Below are positions 1-13,107 of a stretch of 64,000 nt of DNA, one piece after another. Location: contig CM022666.1 of the NCBI GenBank assembly GCA_012295275.1, forward strand, positions 16,244,001-16,308,000, read 5' to 3'. This DNA is from Chrysomallon squamiferum (lineage: Eukaryota; Animalia; Mollusca). The notes under the pieces were generated by a model, which saw only the letters and a list, made by a program, of their open reading frames with translations, was not told the origin of the DNA and did not search any database. The translations under genes and the position numbers were made by a program. Every line of letters starts with the position of its first letter. Position 1 is the first letter of the stretch.

Positions 1-890
1 TCTAACCAGTGAACTATAGACACTAATCTACCAGTGAACTATAGACACTGATCTAACCAGTGAACTATAGACACTACTCTAACCAGTGAACTATAGACAC
101 TGATCTAACCAGTGAACTATTGACACTAATCTAACCAGTGAACTACAGACACTAATCTAACCAGTGAACTATAGACACTGATCTAACCAGTGAACTATAG
201 ACACTAATCTACCAGTGAACTATAGACACTAATCTAACCAGTGAACTAGAAACTTTGCTCTGTATTCACTGCTGAAGTAAAGATGTAGACATAGACACTG
301 ATCTAACCAGTGAACTACAGACATTACTCTAACCAGTGAACTACAGACATTACTCTAACCAGTGAAATATAGACACTCATCTAACCAGTGAACTACAGAC
401 ACCAATCTAACCAATGACTCGAAACTTTGCTCTGTATTCACTGTTGAAGTAAAGATGTAGACATAGACACTAATCTAACCAGTGAACTATAGACACTAAT
501 CTAACCAGTGAACTACAGACACCAATCTAACCAATGACTCGAAACTTTGCTCTGTATTCACTGTTGAAGTAAAGATGTAGACATAGACACTAATCTAACC
601 AGTGAACTATAGACACTAATCTAACCAGTGAACTACAGACACCAATCTAACCAATGACTCGAAACTTTGCTCTGTATTCACTGTTGAAGTAAAGATGTAG
701 ACATAGACACTAATCTAACCAGTGAACTATAGACACTCATCTAACCAGTGAACTATAGACACTAATCTAACCAGTGAACTATAGACACTGATCTAACCAA
801 TGACTAGAAACTTTGCTCTGTATTCACTGCTGAAGTAAAGATGTAGACATAGACACTAATCAAACCAGTGAACTACAGACACCAATCTGT
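1..890. repeat. Minisatellite array, 26-bp unit (GACACTAATCTAACCAGTGAACTATA) with a 120-bp higher-order repeat
   Basis: Repeated unit visible directly; 421-540 and 541-660 are identical 120-bp blocks containing a longer GAAACTTTGCTCTGTATTCACTGTTGAAGTAAAGATGTAGACATA segment. Array is cut by the window start. Confidence 0.95.
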
Positions 891-1782
891 ATTCAGTGCT
901 GAGCTAAAGGTGTGGACATACTCGACATTTCAGACGAGCACTGTGTACCTGTGTACTGTGTACTTGTCAGACTGCGCGACTCTCCCAGACTGACACCGCC
1001 GTTCTGAGCCCGACCCATGATCATAACTCCATCAAACGACAACACAAAAACATCGTAAAAGAAGATTAGGCTGAGAATATTTCCATAATAATTATGTGAT
1101 CATCTACACCTGCTCTGCAATAAATCACAGGACACGACAAAACTGTCTTGACAATATCATTTTTCTGAATTTTTTTAGAAAAATAGAAATAAATATCGGT
1201 CGTCTACCTTAAAGTGTCTGTTACTGTGTCTGTGTCTGTGTGTGTGTCTGTGTCTGTGTCTGTGTGTGTGTGTCTGTGTGTGTTTGTGTCTGTGTCTAAC
1301 CAGTGAACAGTGTCTGTGTCTGTTACTGTGTCTGTGTCTGTGTCTGTGTGTTTGTGTGTGTGTTGTCTATGTGTGCAATTAATCAAACACTACGACAAAA
1401 CAGTCTACACGACTCCGTCTTTGTCTGAAAAATAGGTCATCTTCCCATAGGTGACTATTACGGTTCTTTTCTGCATATATCTATATACTTACATACATAT
1501 ATACATACATACATACATATTATTATTATTAATATTGTTGTTAATACTACTACTATTACTACTACTACTATTACTACTACTACTACTATTATTATTATTA
1601 TTACTATTATTATTACTATTATTACTATTATTATTATTATTATTACTGTTACTACTACTACTACTACTATTATTATTATTATTACTATTACTACTACTAC
1701 TACTGTTATTATTATTACTATTATTATTATTATTGCTGTTGTTGTTTCTGTTGTTGTTGTTATTGTTATTATTACATTTCAG

Positions 1783-1961
1783 CGTCGTCACAGACGAGGT
1801 TTCAGAGGAGTAAAGGTGTTCGTCTGTTCAGTGCAGTTGCACTGCCCCAGCTGCTGCTGGGTGCCATGGCGACCTGCGCAGGTATCGTCACAGTGTACGT
1901 GGGGTCACTGAATGCCGCCTTCCCCTTCGTCACCGGCTCTGATATCTTTAGTGGCGTAATG
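1783..1961 (+). CDS. MS4A-like exon (TM1 to TM2)
   Basis: ttcAG acceptor at 1781-1782, GTaatt donor at 1962; open frame with hydrophobic helices. Confidence 0.75.
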
Positions 1962-2166
1962 GTAATTAAAACTGCCTCTTTTACAACGTTTCTGCAGCAC
2001 AAAAACATGTTCATTTAAATGTAATAATACAAAAGTAATTAATACTTTCGTGTATGGTGTGTGTAAAACTGTCATGACAAAATTCATAAAATTTATATTT
2101 TTATCTGAGGCCATAATTTCTTCTTCTTTTTTTTTACACATTTAAATTTATAAATAAACTATTTTC

Positions 2167-2264
<98 letters not shown>

Positions 2265-2345
2265 TTATCCTATAAATATGTAATCATGTTCATCTGAATG
2301 GCTATCAGAATTCTGTTAGTCTTTTTTACATCATCATCATCATCA

Positions 2346-2389
<44 letters not shown>

Positions 2390-2737
2390 TGTTAATTTAT
2401 TTTATTTATTTACTTACTTTCTTATTTTATTATTATTATCTTTTATCAGTATATCAATTTCATCAAATTGGATTTTTTTATTTTATTATTATTATTATTT
2501 TATTAAGACATTAGCTTAGCACAATTACATTTTCTCAAGCTCTACAGTTTTAATTTTTCTCCGTTATATTGAGTTTCTGTTTTACTGTTACGACGCATTG
2601 ATTTTTACATAAAACACTTGTATAACCAGTGGATGTATCGATAAAGACATCGTGTTTAGAGATTAATTCAGAAAGTGGAAAACAGTTTATAGGAATTTGA
2701 GAAGAAAATGTTTGTAATGTGAGAAAGTATTTTATCG

Positions 2738-2773
<36 letters not shown>

Positions 2774-3368
2774 TAATGATTTTTAAAACAAATGGATGTT
2801 AACATAATAGTGACGTCACCGTTTATTTAGTAATGATACAAATTTGACGTCACAACGTAGTTACAAATAGTGGAGCCTGAGTATAGTGTGACGTCATATA
2901 GTCTTAGTATACTTCCATGTTCTCCTGATACAACAGTGACGTCATATTTTATTTCAATGAAAAGTAATGTCGTGCGCTGATACAACAGTGACGTCATAGT
3001 ATGTTTTGACGAATAACATTAGAGTTCTAATACAGTAGTGACGTCATAGGTCACAACATATCTTACTGAAAAACGTTAACAAACTGGAGTGAAGCCATAA
3101 TGTATTCTTATGTATTTGTCAGCTCAAAGCAATGTATTTTACATTATCTATTTATTTATTTATTTATTTATTTGCAGACTGTATTTACGGGAGGTCTGGC
3201 GTATAAAATCGCAAGAGAAAACATAAATAACAAAAATATGGGATCACTCATCAAATGTAACGTAAGTGTCAGTATTTATCTGTTTGTTTGTTTATTTATC
3301 GTTATTGTTGTCATCGTTGTTGTTATTGTTATTATTATTTTTGTTATTATTATGATTATTATTATTAT

Positions 3369-3418
<50 letters not shown>

Positions 3419-4543
3419 ATAGTAGTAATTTGATTACTGTACTTATTTTCGTTTCTGAGTTTTTATTTATTTGTAAACCTACGGTTTCAGTCAACACTCA
3501 GATAGGTATTTAGTGTAGGTGTTTATGGAAATAAACTACTATTAATCTCTTGTACACAATTTTAGACAGCCTGTATTTTATTTTATTTTATTTTCAATTA
3601 TATTATATTTAAATTCTTCTTTTATTATTTTTATTTATTTTTATTATTATTATTTTTTTTTTTTTTTCAGGTTTTCCTTTATGGATTCCTCAACATTTTG
3701 TGTGTCTGTCTCAGTTTCCTCAGTATAGGGGCTGCTGGATACGGCAGTTACCTGTGTAGTATGGACATACCTCCTGAAAACAGCGTCCTCAGAAAATCCT
3801 TCCCGTGTCAGAGTCGCAGACGATCCAGCCTCGCTCTGTGCATCGTCGACATCGTCTTAGAGTGCTTCATCTGCGTCGTCTCAGTGTTTGGCTTCTGGGC
3901 GTTCGCAAACTACCGATTCGCGTTTGGATGTCTGATACCGTGTGACGTCACAGAATCGTCGAGCTCCGGCTGCAGCAAGAAGCAGAGACTCAAAGGATCC
4001 AGCAGAAACTCAACGCTTCAGACGGTGTCCAGCGCGGACTCCTCCAGAATGACCCCTCAGTCCGACCGGCAGCTCGTCGCGTGCGTGTACGACCAGCACG
4101 CACGTGCGAAGATGTCGACTCGTTTCTATGACGACCCGGACTCCACGTGCAGCGTAGACAGGCCGCTTCACAACAAACACGTGAACATCTCGAGACGAGA
4201 TCCGCAGCCAAGAGGAAGTCGCGTGTCTGACTCGTCTAAGAGCAGCTTGAACTGCACGCTGCTGGTTCCTTACAGAAGTCTCTCTGGACTCACGACAGCT
4301 CGTGACGGTCAGGTTCTTTATGAACAGACGGACTTCGTGAACTCGGATTTCGACAAAAATGCAACGAGACTGTATCACTACGAAACTAACGAAACGGGAT
4401 TCACCAGAAACATTGCTAGTTATGACGTAGACGGAGCAGGTGAAAAGTTTAAAAGCGACAACTTTGGTTCGTTTTATAACGGAGCCTGTTCGTCAACAAG
4501 CACACCAAGATACGCGTACGCTGACAGCGAAATCTTGTACTAA
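1783..4543 (+). CDS. MS4A/CD20-like four-transmembrane protein, 5'-partial; join(1783..1961,3178..3261,3671..4543)
   Basis: Three AG/GT-bounded exons join in frame: SSQTRFQRSKGVRLFSAVALPQLLLGAMATCAGIVTVYVGSLNAAFPFVTGSDIFSGVM / TVFTGGLAYKIARENINNKNMGSLIKCN / VFLYGFLNILCVCLSFLSIGAAGYGSYLC...LALCIVDIVLECFICVVSVFGFWAF... Four hydrophobic segments, QLLLG in TM1, GxxIFSGxxxxxTG in TM2 and a Cys pair in the second extracellular loop follow the CD20/MS4A pattern. An upstream phase-1 exon was not found. Confidence 0.7.
2170..2260. repeat. (GA)n microsatellite, representative of many similar tracts (e.g. ~11854-11940, 18881-18974, 19834-20015, 23129-23206, 23724-23846, 38730-38830, 50800-50873, 59748-59818)
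   Basis: Pure dinucleotide run seen directly. Confidence 0.97.
2808..3050. repeat. Degenerate intronic repeat carrying six TGACGTCA (CRE-type) palindromes
   Basis: TGACGTCA near 2811, 2845, 2889, 2937, 2989 and 3039, mostly in an (A)GTGACGTCATA context, ~35-50 bp apart. Confidence 0.75.
3178..3261 (+). CDS. MS4A-like exon (end of TM2 and intracellular loop)
   Basis: tttgcAG acceptor, GTaagt donor, 84 nt, phase 0/0, in frame with both neighbours. Confidence 0.75.
3671..4543 (+). CDS. MS4A-like terminal exon (TM3, TM4 and long cytoplasmic tail)
   Basis: Poly-T tract + cAG acceptor at 3669-3670; in frame with ORF 3698..4543; GC-rich coding-like composition; TAA stop. Confidence 0.85.
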   Translation, partial: VFLYGFLNILCVCLSFLSIGAAGYGSYLCSMDIPPENSVLRKSFPCQSRRRSSLALCIVDIVLECFICVVSVFGFWAFANYRFAFGCLIPCDVTESSSSGCSKKQRLKGSSRNSTLQTVSSADSSRMTPQSDRQLVACVYDQHARAKMSTRFYDDPDSTCSVDRPLHNKHVNISRRDPQPRGSRVSDSSKSSLNCTLLVPYRSLSGLTTARDGQVLYEQTDFVNSDFDKNATRLYHYETNETGFTRNIASYDVDGAGEKFKSDNFGSFYNGACSSTSTPRYAYADSEILY

Positions 4544-4738
4544 ACAACAGCTTTGTTAACAGCTTTCTGTGTTACAGGCTGAACCTGCTGGCGTTTGTTT
4601 TAACCTAGGCACTCACAGATAGGCACACATATTTTCACATATTAAAACACAAACACATATAGAAACTGCAGCATTCATCAATCTTTCCATCCATAACTAC
4701 ACACACATGTATATATTCATATAAACATACATGCATAG

Positions 4739-4787
<49 letters not shown>

Positions 4788-5698
4788 AACATATGCACAT
4801 GAATTCATACATGCATATACGAATACATGCATATACACATGCATGCACATAAACAAGAAACATACGCATGTACATATAAACATACAACATAAATATATGT
4901 ATACATACACACATACATACATACATATATTGTCTATGTGCAAAGTATAATTAGGAATACATAAAACGGAGAATATTCATTCCTACATACATACTAAGAT
5001 ACGTAGATACCTACATACTTATATATATTACATCCAATGGGAAACTGTATCACTGTACAAAGTTAATTAAGTGGACAGATATTCAGATTACTGGAATGTA
5101 TATATTGTATGAATAACAGCGATGTCGAATGAGTAATAGCCACAACGACAGTTTAAGTGAGAGAGCAACCTGTAAAAAAATATATATTATTTTTATACTT
5201 CAAAATTATTTTATTTATAGATTTTCTTCAAATATGTTTCAAAATGTACATTACTTTGTTGATCGTTATTTAATATATTAAAAAATATATATACCGATTT
5301 TTGTTTTCTTTCTCATTATTATTATTATTGTTTGTTATTATTATTATTATTATTGTTGTTGTTGTTGTTTTGTTGTTGTTGTTTTACTTCTACTACTACT
5401 ACTAACACGACCACTACTACTACTACTACGACTACAACTACTACTGTTAACATTTCCACCACTAACACTGTTAAATCATTACTACCATCTCTTTTACTAC
5501 CATTAACATTATTTTCATTAGTATGCATCACAAATGTAACAGTATCTGTAGTAGTAATATTGAAGGTGTGCTAGTAGAATGATTATAGTAATTGTAGTAA
5601 CGGTAGTAGTTGTAGTAGTATTAGTTATAGTAGCAGTAGTGTTACTAGTAGCAGTAGTTGGGTTATTTTCAAGGGTTGTAGGAGTTGGGATTGTTAGT

Positions 5699-6100
5699 GT
5701 TAGGGTATGAATTAGGATTTGTTTTTAGGGTTAAGGGTTAGGGCTAGGATCAGGAGTTAGGACATTGTGTTAGTGTTAGGGTATGAATTAGATTTACGTT
5801 TTGGACTAAGATTAGGTTAGGGTTAGGGTTTATGTCTAGGGACAAAGATTAGGGTTAAGGTTAAGGTTGTTGGGCTTAGGGTTAGGTTAAGTTTGGGGGT
5901 TAGGGTTAGGGTTAAAGGTAAGGGTTAAAGGTTAGGTAATGTCAAAGATTAGGTCTAGGTTGTTTAGGGTTTAGGTTAGGATTAGGGTTAGGTCTTTGGG
6001 TTAGAGTTAGGGTTAGGGTTAAGGTTAGGTCTTGGGTTAGAATTAGGGTTAGGGTTAGGGTCAGGGTTAGGATTAGGGTTAAGGTTAGATTTAGGTTTGG
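5699..6100 (+). repeat. Degenerate interstitial telomere-like (TTAGGG)n tract
   Basis: Many TTAGGG hexamers interspersed with TTAAGG, TTAGG and TCAGGG variants, e.g. GGTTAGGGTTAGGGTT at 5816-5830 and 6044-6070. Confidence 0.85.
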
Positions 6101-7161
6101 GACAAGTTTCAGGATTATAATTAATATTGCGGTCAGGCTTAGTGTTTTTGAATAAAAAAAACTACATTTATCTTGTAATTTCTCCTGTTTAATGATTTGT
6201 TGATATATTTCAGACAAATAGATTATTTACGTTATTTTTTCTATTTGCCTTCTGCTGCTAATTCTCAAAATATGTTAATTCTTTTGGGGAAGAATTAACT
6301 AGAAAAAAATATATAAGTGAAAAAAATCAATCGTTATTCAATTACTGATGCTTCCCACTTCAACCTTCACACTTAGATAACTCAGGCTTTTTAAAATACC
6401 TTTAGCTTATTAATCTTTCGTTTTCATTTATTTATTTTACTTTCATGTTTGAGAATTTTAATAAGATTAAAATCGCAATCACAGTAAATGAAATATTTTG
6501 TAATAGTAGCAATATAATAATAATAATAATGATGATGATGATGATGATGATAATGATGATAATGATAATAATAATAATAATGGTGATGATGATGATGATG
6601 ATGATAATGATAATAATAACAACAACAACAACAACAATAATAATAATAATAATAATAATAATATCAGCAGTGGTAGTAGTAATAGTAGTAGTAAGAGTAA
6701 TGGTATATATATATCTCCAAGTTGTGTATGTGCATAAAAAAACAGAGATTTAAGATATATATTGAAGATATATATTTTCTTTCGTAGACTACACGCTGAA
6801 TCACTCCCTCCAGTGTAGAAAATTAAGAAAAAGAAAAAAAAAAATTAAAAAAGAAAAACAGAATGCAATCAATAAATGCGAACTAAAACATGGCTACATT
6901 TACTTTCCTCTCTATCTGGAATCACAGTTACTAAAAATAGCGTTTTCAAAGACGCGATTGACTGTCAGCGTGCATCGATATCGACTCGAGGCCCGGGGCG
7001 AGACCGGTACCGTAATATCTCTGATAATTGACCCTAGACGCAGTTAATTGTGAGTTCTGACGTAATAACACAGATAACTCGATATCCATCTCTCTCTAAA
7101 TTCATGAGCATTTAATGACTAATGATTTCAGTTGTTTGTTTGTTTGTTTTACTTTGTTTTA

Positions 7162-7201
<40 letters not shown>

Positions 7202-7936
7202 TAGAATGTTTATAGATCTATTTCTTTCTTTTATTTTTTTAATTTCTTTTTTATTATTATAATTTACTTTTGAATAAAATAAATAAATTTAATTAATTAA
7301 TTAACGTAAGAGTTCCATAACTATTTTGAAGTCTCTGGGAAGGTATTTACAAAAGAACACTTTCTGCTAATCGTTAATAGTTCTTCATACATTGTGTACC
7401 CAGCTCTTTCTTTTTTTTTTTTTTTTCTTTTTTTTTTTCTGTCGCATAATCATTATCTTAAAACCTACGTACCAGTCACAAAAGATAAGTCAACACTGAA
7501 GCAAGGAGAAGTTTTATTAAATGGATAGCCATTGATCTACTTTGTTTTCGTGTGTGCTTTAATTCTCGCAGGGAAAGCGTGCTATTGATTCTGTTATATA
7601 AATTGTTGTTTACTAAATTTCTAAGATGATATTCGACTATGATTCCTTCATCAGACGGGCTGTAGCCCGGAGATAGGCCATACATCCCAGAATCGATAAT
7701 CTGCGGGATCGATTCTCCCAAGTGCGTCGATTGGCTTATTTCCTAATCCAGTGAGTGCTGCGTTATTGTTGTGTGAGTAACTGTATTTGTAAAAGTGCGT
7801 GTGAAAGTGTCTCCTGACGATGGCCACCAAAAATAAATCTACTGTTATGTAGTAGTAGTAGTAGTAGTAGTAGTAGTAATTATTATTGTTATTGGTTTTT
7901 GGTCTTTTTTGTTGTTGACGTTGTTGTTTTCTTCTT

Positions 7937-7998
<62 letters not shown>

Positions 7999-10480
7999 AT
8001 TTACATATATGTATTGGTGTGTTTATGTATGTGTATGTATGTATGTGTGTATGTGTGTGTGTGCGTGTGTGTGTTTACATCCGTCTGACCGCTTCCATTT
8101 TTTTTTTCTGCATGTCTGTCTATATACATATCTACGGTGGGTAAAATATAAAACATCCAAATTATCTTACAACGAATTTATGAGTAGCGGTTACTTCCTT
8201 TTAAGTCTCGCTGTATCTGAATTTGATTAATATCATCAAAACAACAATTCATCATACAGTGTTACATTTTTCTCTCAGATTTCAGCTAAAACGTCACATT
8301 TCTGAAATTCTATATGTTTTTTTGTAAATTTAGTGTTGATTAGGCACCGACAAGAGAAGGGCTGAATTTGCGTGATACGAAACTAAACGATATTACTTCG
8401 CGTGGAATGGCCCCGCGCTGATTAAAATATCATATCACATTCTTTCTCGTGCTGCATTTCGAAACGGAGAAGACGCAGACCTGTTTCGTGGTAAATAAGA
8501 CAGCATGACGTGATATGAATACGAGGCTTCCAGCCGTCACGTTCCGATCTAATTGTAGAGATGCCTGAGAGTTATTTCCCTTGTTTGTAAATGTGATGAA
8601 AAAAAAAAAAAAATAAACGAGGACATTGTTCGAGTTCCAAGATTTTCATTACAAACGTTTTTTTATATATATATATACATATATAAATGACAGGATGTAT
8701 TGTAATATGCGTAGAAATATTTAATTTAATGTACATTTGTTTCAGTACAATAGTGATATTAATAAATATATCAAACCAAAGCTTGAAACCAAGATGACTC
8801 GAATTTCTCTATTGTTATTTATTTATTTTTATTTTTATTTTTTTTTTATTTTATCTTTTTTTTTTTTTTTTTTTTTTTTTTTCTTGTTGGTTGTTTGGTT
8901 TGATGGTTTGTTGGTTTGTTTGTGTGTTTATTTGAGTGTTCGTTTATATATTTACCTAAAATGAACAATGAAAAGTAAAAACGAAACAATATTTAATACA
9001 TAAGACTTTTTTTTTAAATTAATCTGGATATATGGAAGAAGGATTAAAGACCTGTACTGTTATGTCATAATTTAGTTATCTGGGTTTCAGAACTATTAAC
9101 AGTTTTAAAAGTAATTAATATAAGTAATTTCAAGAATTCTTTTAAAAAGAAGAAAATAAATAATAACTAAATTTCAAATATTTAATATATGTAATACAGA
9201 CAGAGACAGATATAAACACACATACAATCAGACATACATACATATATACAGACATATATACACACATACAATCAGACATACAGACATGTAGACAGATATA
9301 CACACACATACAATCAGACATACAAACATACAAACACATACAAACATACAATCAGACATACATACATACAGACAGACAGACAGACACATACAGACGATTT
9401 ATAATATATTCAGTTTTCGACTGAACACATGGAATGTTGTGAAAATTATGACTGAACAAATGAAAAAGACGCGCGCGCATATAAACATATACACACACAC
9501 GTACACACACAAACAACACACACACATATATCTACTCACACAGACATCCACACATATACAAACATACATCCAAATACACACACACACACAAACACACGCA
9601 CACAAACAACACACACACATATATCTACTCACACAGACATCCACACATATACAAACATACATCCAAATACACACACACACAAACACACGCACACAAACAA
9701 CACACATATATATTTATATACTCTCACACACATACATACATTCTAGCACATATACACATATACACACACGTAAACACACACTCACACATACACACATATA
9801 TATACTCACACAGATATCCACACATATACAAACATACATCCACACAAATACACACACACATGCACACAAACACACACACACACAGAAACACACACACATA
9901 CACACACACACGCAGAAACGCGCGCGTGCTCTCGTACACTCACAGCTCACAACAGACGCAATCCACTGGACGTGTTGGTTTGAGAATGACAACAGATATT
10001 GATGGCGACTGTTCTGATTACAGCTAAACACACGAAATGCTCTAATTAGCGTGTAAATGACCGGACACGCGTTCACCACGCTTTCTGCCTAATTAGTGTG
10101 TGTAACGGACATAATGCGTTATGATCGTGACGTCCCGTTTCCTCTCGTTTCGTGACGGGCTTGTACCGCTTACTAATCGGTGTTAATTGCGTGATGGGGA
10201 GGAAATTGTCCTTCTTTGCAATTGCTTCCCTGAAACTCGTGTAACCAGCGCTCACTGTTTTTTACACCCACAGCTTTTCTCAAATTGTTTTCTTTTAAAA
10301 CGAAATTGTTTTAACCCTTCAAACGTTCTCATTAACCCTTTTAATGACAGTAAATGTATTTATTATCTTTACAAGATATTTATTATATTTTTAATATTTT
10401 TGTTATCTTTTTAATATCTGTAATATCTTTTTTATATATTAAAAGCAAATTTTATATTGGTATTGATTTTTATTATCTGT

Positions 10481-10650
10481 AATACGTTTTAACATCTTTA
10501 TATTTAAGTATATAATTATCTTTTTAATATTTTTTATCATCTGTTAATATATGTGTTATGGTTTTAATACGTTTTAATATCTTTATATTTAAGTATATAA
10601 TTATCTTTTTAATATTTTTTATCATCTGTTAATATATGTGTTATGGTTTT
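10481..10650. repeat. 85-bp tandem duplication in an AT-rich tract
   Basis: AATACGTTTTAA...TATGGTTTT starts at 10481 and again at 10566. Confidence 0.85.
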
Positions 10651-11845
10651 AATATCTTTACTAGCGCTTTAATAACCGTATCATCTTTTTAATATCTTAA
10701 TTATCCTTTTATATGTAAAAACGTTTTAATCATTCAAACATTTTTAACGTATTTATAACTTCTACTTTAGATTCACAACTCTTTCTATTAATATTACTAC
10801 AACAACAATACTACTCCTACAACTATCACTACCACCACTGTTACAGTGACTATTACTACCACATCTACTAAAACTATTGCTTCTTACTATAGCTACTACT
10901 ACTGCTATTAGTAGTTTCTATTATAAGTATTATCACAACGGTAATTATAATTAATTACTTTCATTATCTTGTTTTTACTCCTACCATCATCAATGTTACA
11001 ACTACCCTTGTTGATCCAACAGTTACTGCTACTACTACTACTACAACAATTACAACTATATTTTCTACTACAACTGCTATTACAATTATTACCACTACTA
11101 CAGCAACTATTAGCACTAGTACTATGTTGCAACAACCAGCAATGCTGTTACTACTCCTACTACTACTATTACTATCACTACTACTAGTACTACTACTTCT
11201 TGTTTTACTACTACTACTGCTGCTACTATTACTACTTTCTCTAAGAATTATACTCAACTAAATATAAATAATTAATTAGGATAAACAAAAATAATAAAAC
11301 GTTTTCTACGCTGCTTGAAGACAACTGATTTTTCTAAAAGAATTACTCAAACTTAAACTAATTAACCCCGAATTTTAAAACTGAAATGACTAAAAGATGA
11401 ATAAAAACACAACGCTGGAATTTTCATTCAGCACATATAACCACAGAATAAAGTGAATGAACTAAACATTTGATGTCAAAGGAAACGTTATTAAGTAATC
11501 TGACACCGAAGGTCGTAACCGTGGTAACGTAGATTTCATTTGAACAAATGGGTTTAATATCCCGAGCCAAATGTTGTCTAAAGTTTGAAGTTAATCGATC
11601 AAACAGCAAGGGCGGAGCAGTTCTGGAGATGAAAAAAATCATCTGAGGTTTCGTGTTTTCACTAAACAGAGTTATTTACTTTAATCAGAAATACGATCAG
11701 CCATTTATGTTATATCACTGAAACAGTTGAACGTTTTTACTTTTTTAAATGTGTGTTTGAATTATATTTATTTATATATATATATATATATACGCGCGCA
11801 CGCACACACACACGCACACACACACTCATATGATTATATATATAA

Positions 11846-11946
<101 letters not shown>

Positions 11947-12768
11947 AGCGAGAGAACAAGAGAGAGACAGAAGAGGAAGTACAAACAAAGAAACAAAACA
12001 ATGAAAGAATGATTGGTTCTTTAGTATTTACATTTTTGCCTGACTTTTAAGCATTTTCTTAAACACATACAAATAAACTATTCTCAGTACGAAATAATTT
12101 GAAAATCAGTCTTTTTTATAAGATTCTGTTTGCTTCGATGTTAAAGCTAACAAAACTATTAAAATAAACTATTTCACGATACACTGATAACTGTATATCA
12201 GAAATAGTTAATAAAATCATTCAGCGGAAAAAATCTATGATGACAATAACATTAGAAACAGGTGTATGTGTAACTGAAACCTTCACAGTAACGTTAGCCA
12301 TAATGTCTGTGTGTACGTTTCTCTGTGTGACTATATCTCTGTGTATGTCTGTGTATGTCTGTGTATGTCTGTGTGTCTCAGTGTATGACCTAAGAATCTA
12401 TGTGGGTGTGTCTGTATGCAGATGAATGTTTGTGTGTGGGTATAGAAACAGACAATACACTGTCTCATACACCCAGACATACAACAGACACACAGACATA
12501 ACTGTGTATGTGTATCTAAGTATGTATTTATGTATAAAAATAAACCTTTCTATGTAGGTGTGTGGATGTGCCTGTGTGTGGTGTGTGTGTGTGTGTGTGT
12601 GAATGTGCGTGTGTGTGTGTGTATGTGTGTATGTGTGTGACTGTCTGTAGGAGAAGATGGATAACACTGTGTAGGTGAATTTAAATGATTATTTTCTTAT
12701 ATATAAATCAGTGAAATATTTGTATTTATGTGATATACTTCAATAAAAAGTGTGTCTCTATTCATATA

Positions 12769-12804
<36 letters not shown>

Positions 12805-13064
12805 CCTATATATCTATGTGTATATAGGAGTTGCCTGTGTGCTACTCAACTGATACAATAGTAAATTTTCATTAGGTTACCTGTAACTAATAACATTCAC
12901 ACCTGTTTCACCCCAGAACACGCTTCACAGCTTGCTAATGAAAACACTGAAGCATGCCAGCCTGTTGTGACGTCACACCTCTGTTACTCCGGTTCTCCAG
13001 TTACCGATACAGATAAGTATGTAAACGACACCGCACACTGTAGACCTACTTTGCTTACACTTTG

Positions 13065-13107
<43 letters not shown>

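Noticed and set aside
1-890. CRISPR-like appearance of regularly spaced short repeats (also 39026-39417, 45218-45915, 50244-50580)
   Set aside because: Units are contiguous with no unique spacers, there are no cas genes, and the context is an intron-containing animal genome; these are minisatellites.
1451-1813. Poly-Leu/Asn/Ser ORFs here and the many similar ORF-track entries (poly-ER/LS, CV/HT, YI, poly-V)
   Set aside because: They are translations of (TTA)n, (CTA)n, (GA)n, (CA)n and (TA)n microsatellites with no coding signal.
3990-4378. Minus-strand ORFs 3990..4211 and 4010..4378
   Set aside because: Antisense shadows of the GC-rich MS4A-like terminal exon.
5942-6217. ORF with LTLTLT/PNPNPN repeats
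   Set aside because: Translation of the telomere-like (CCCTAA)n strand.
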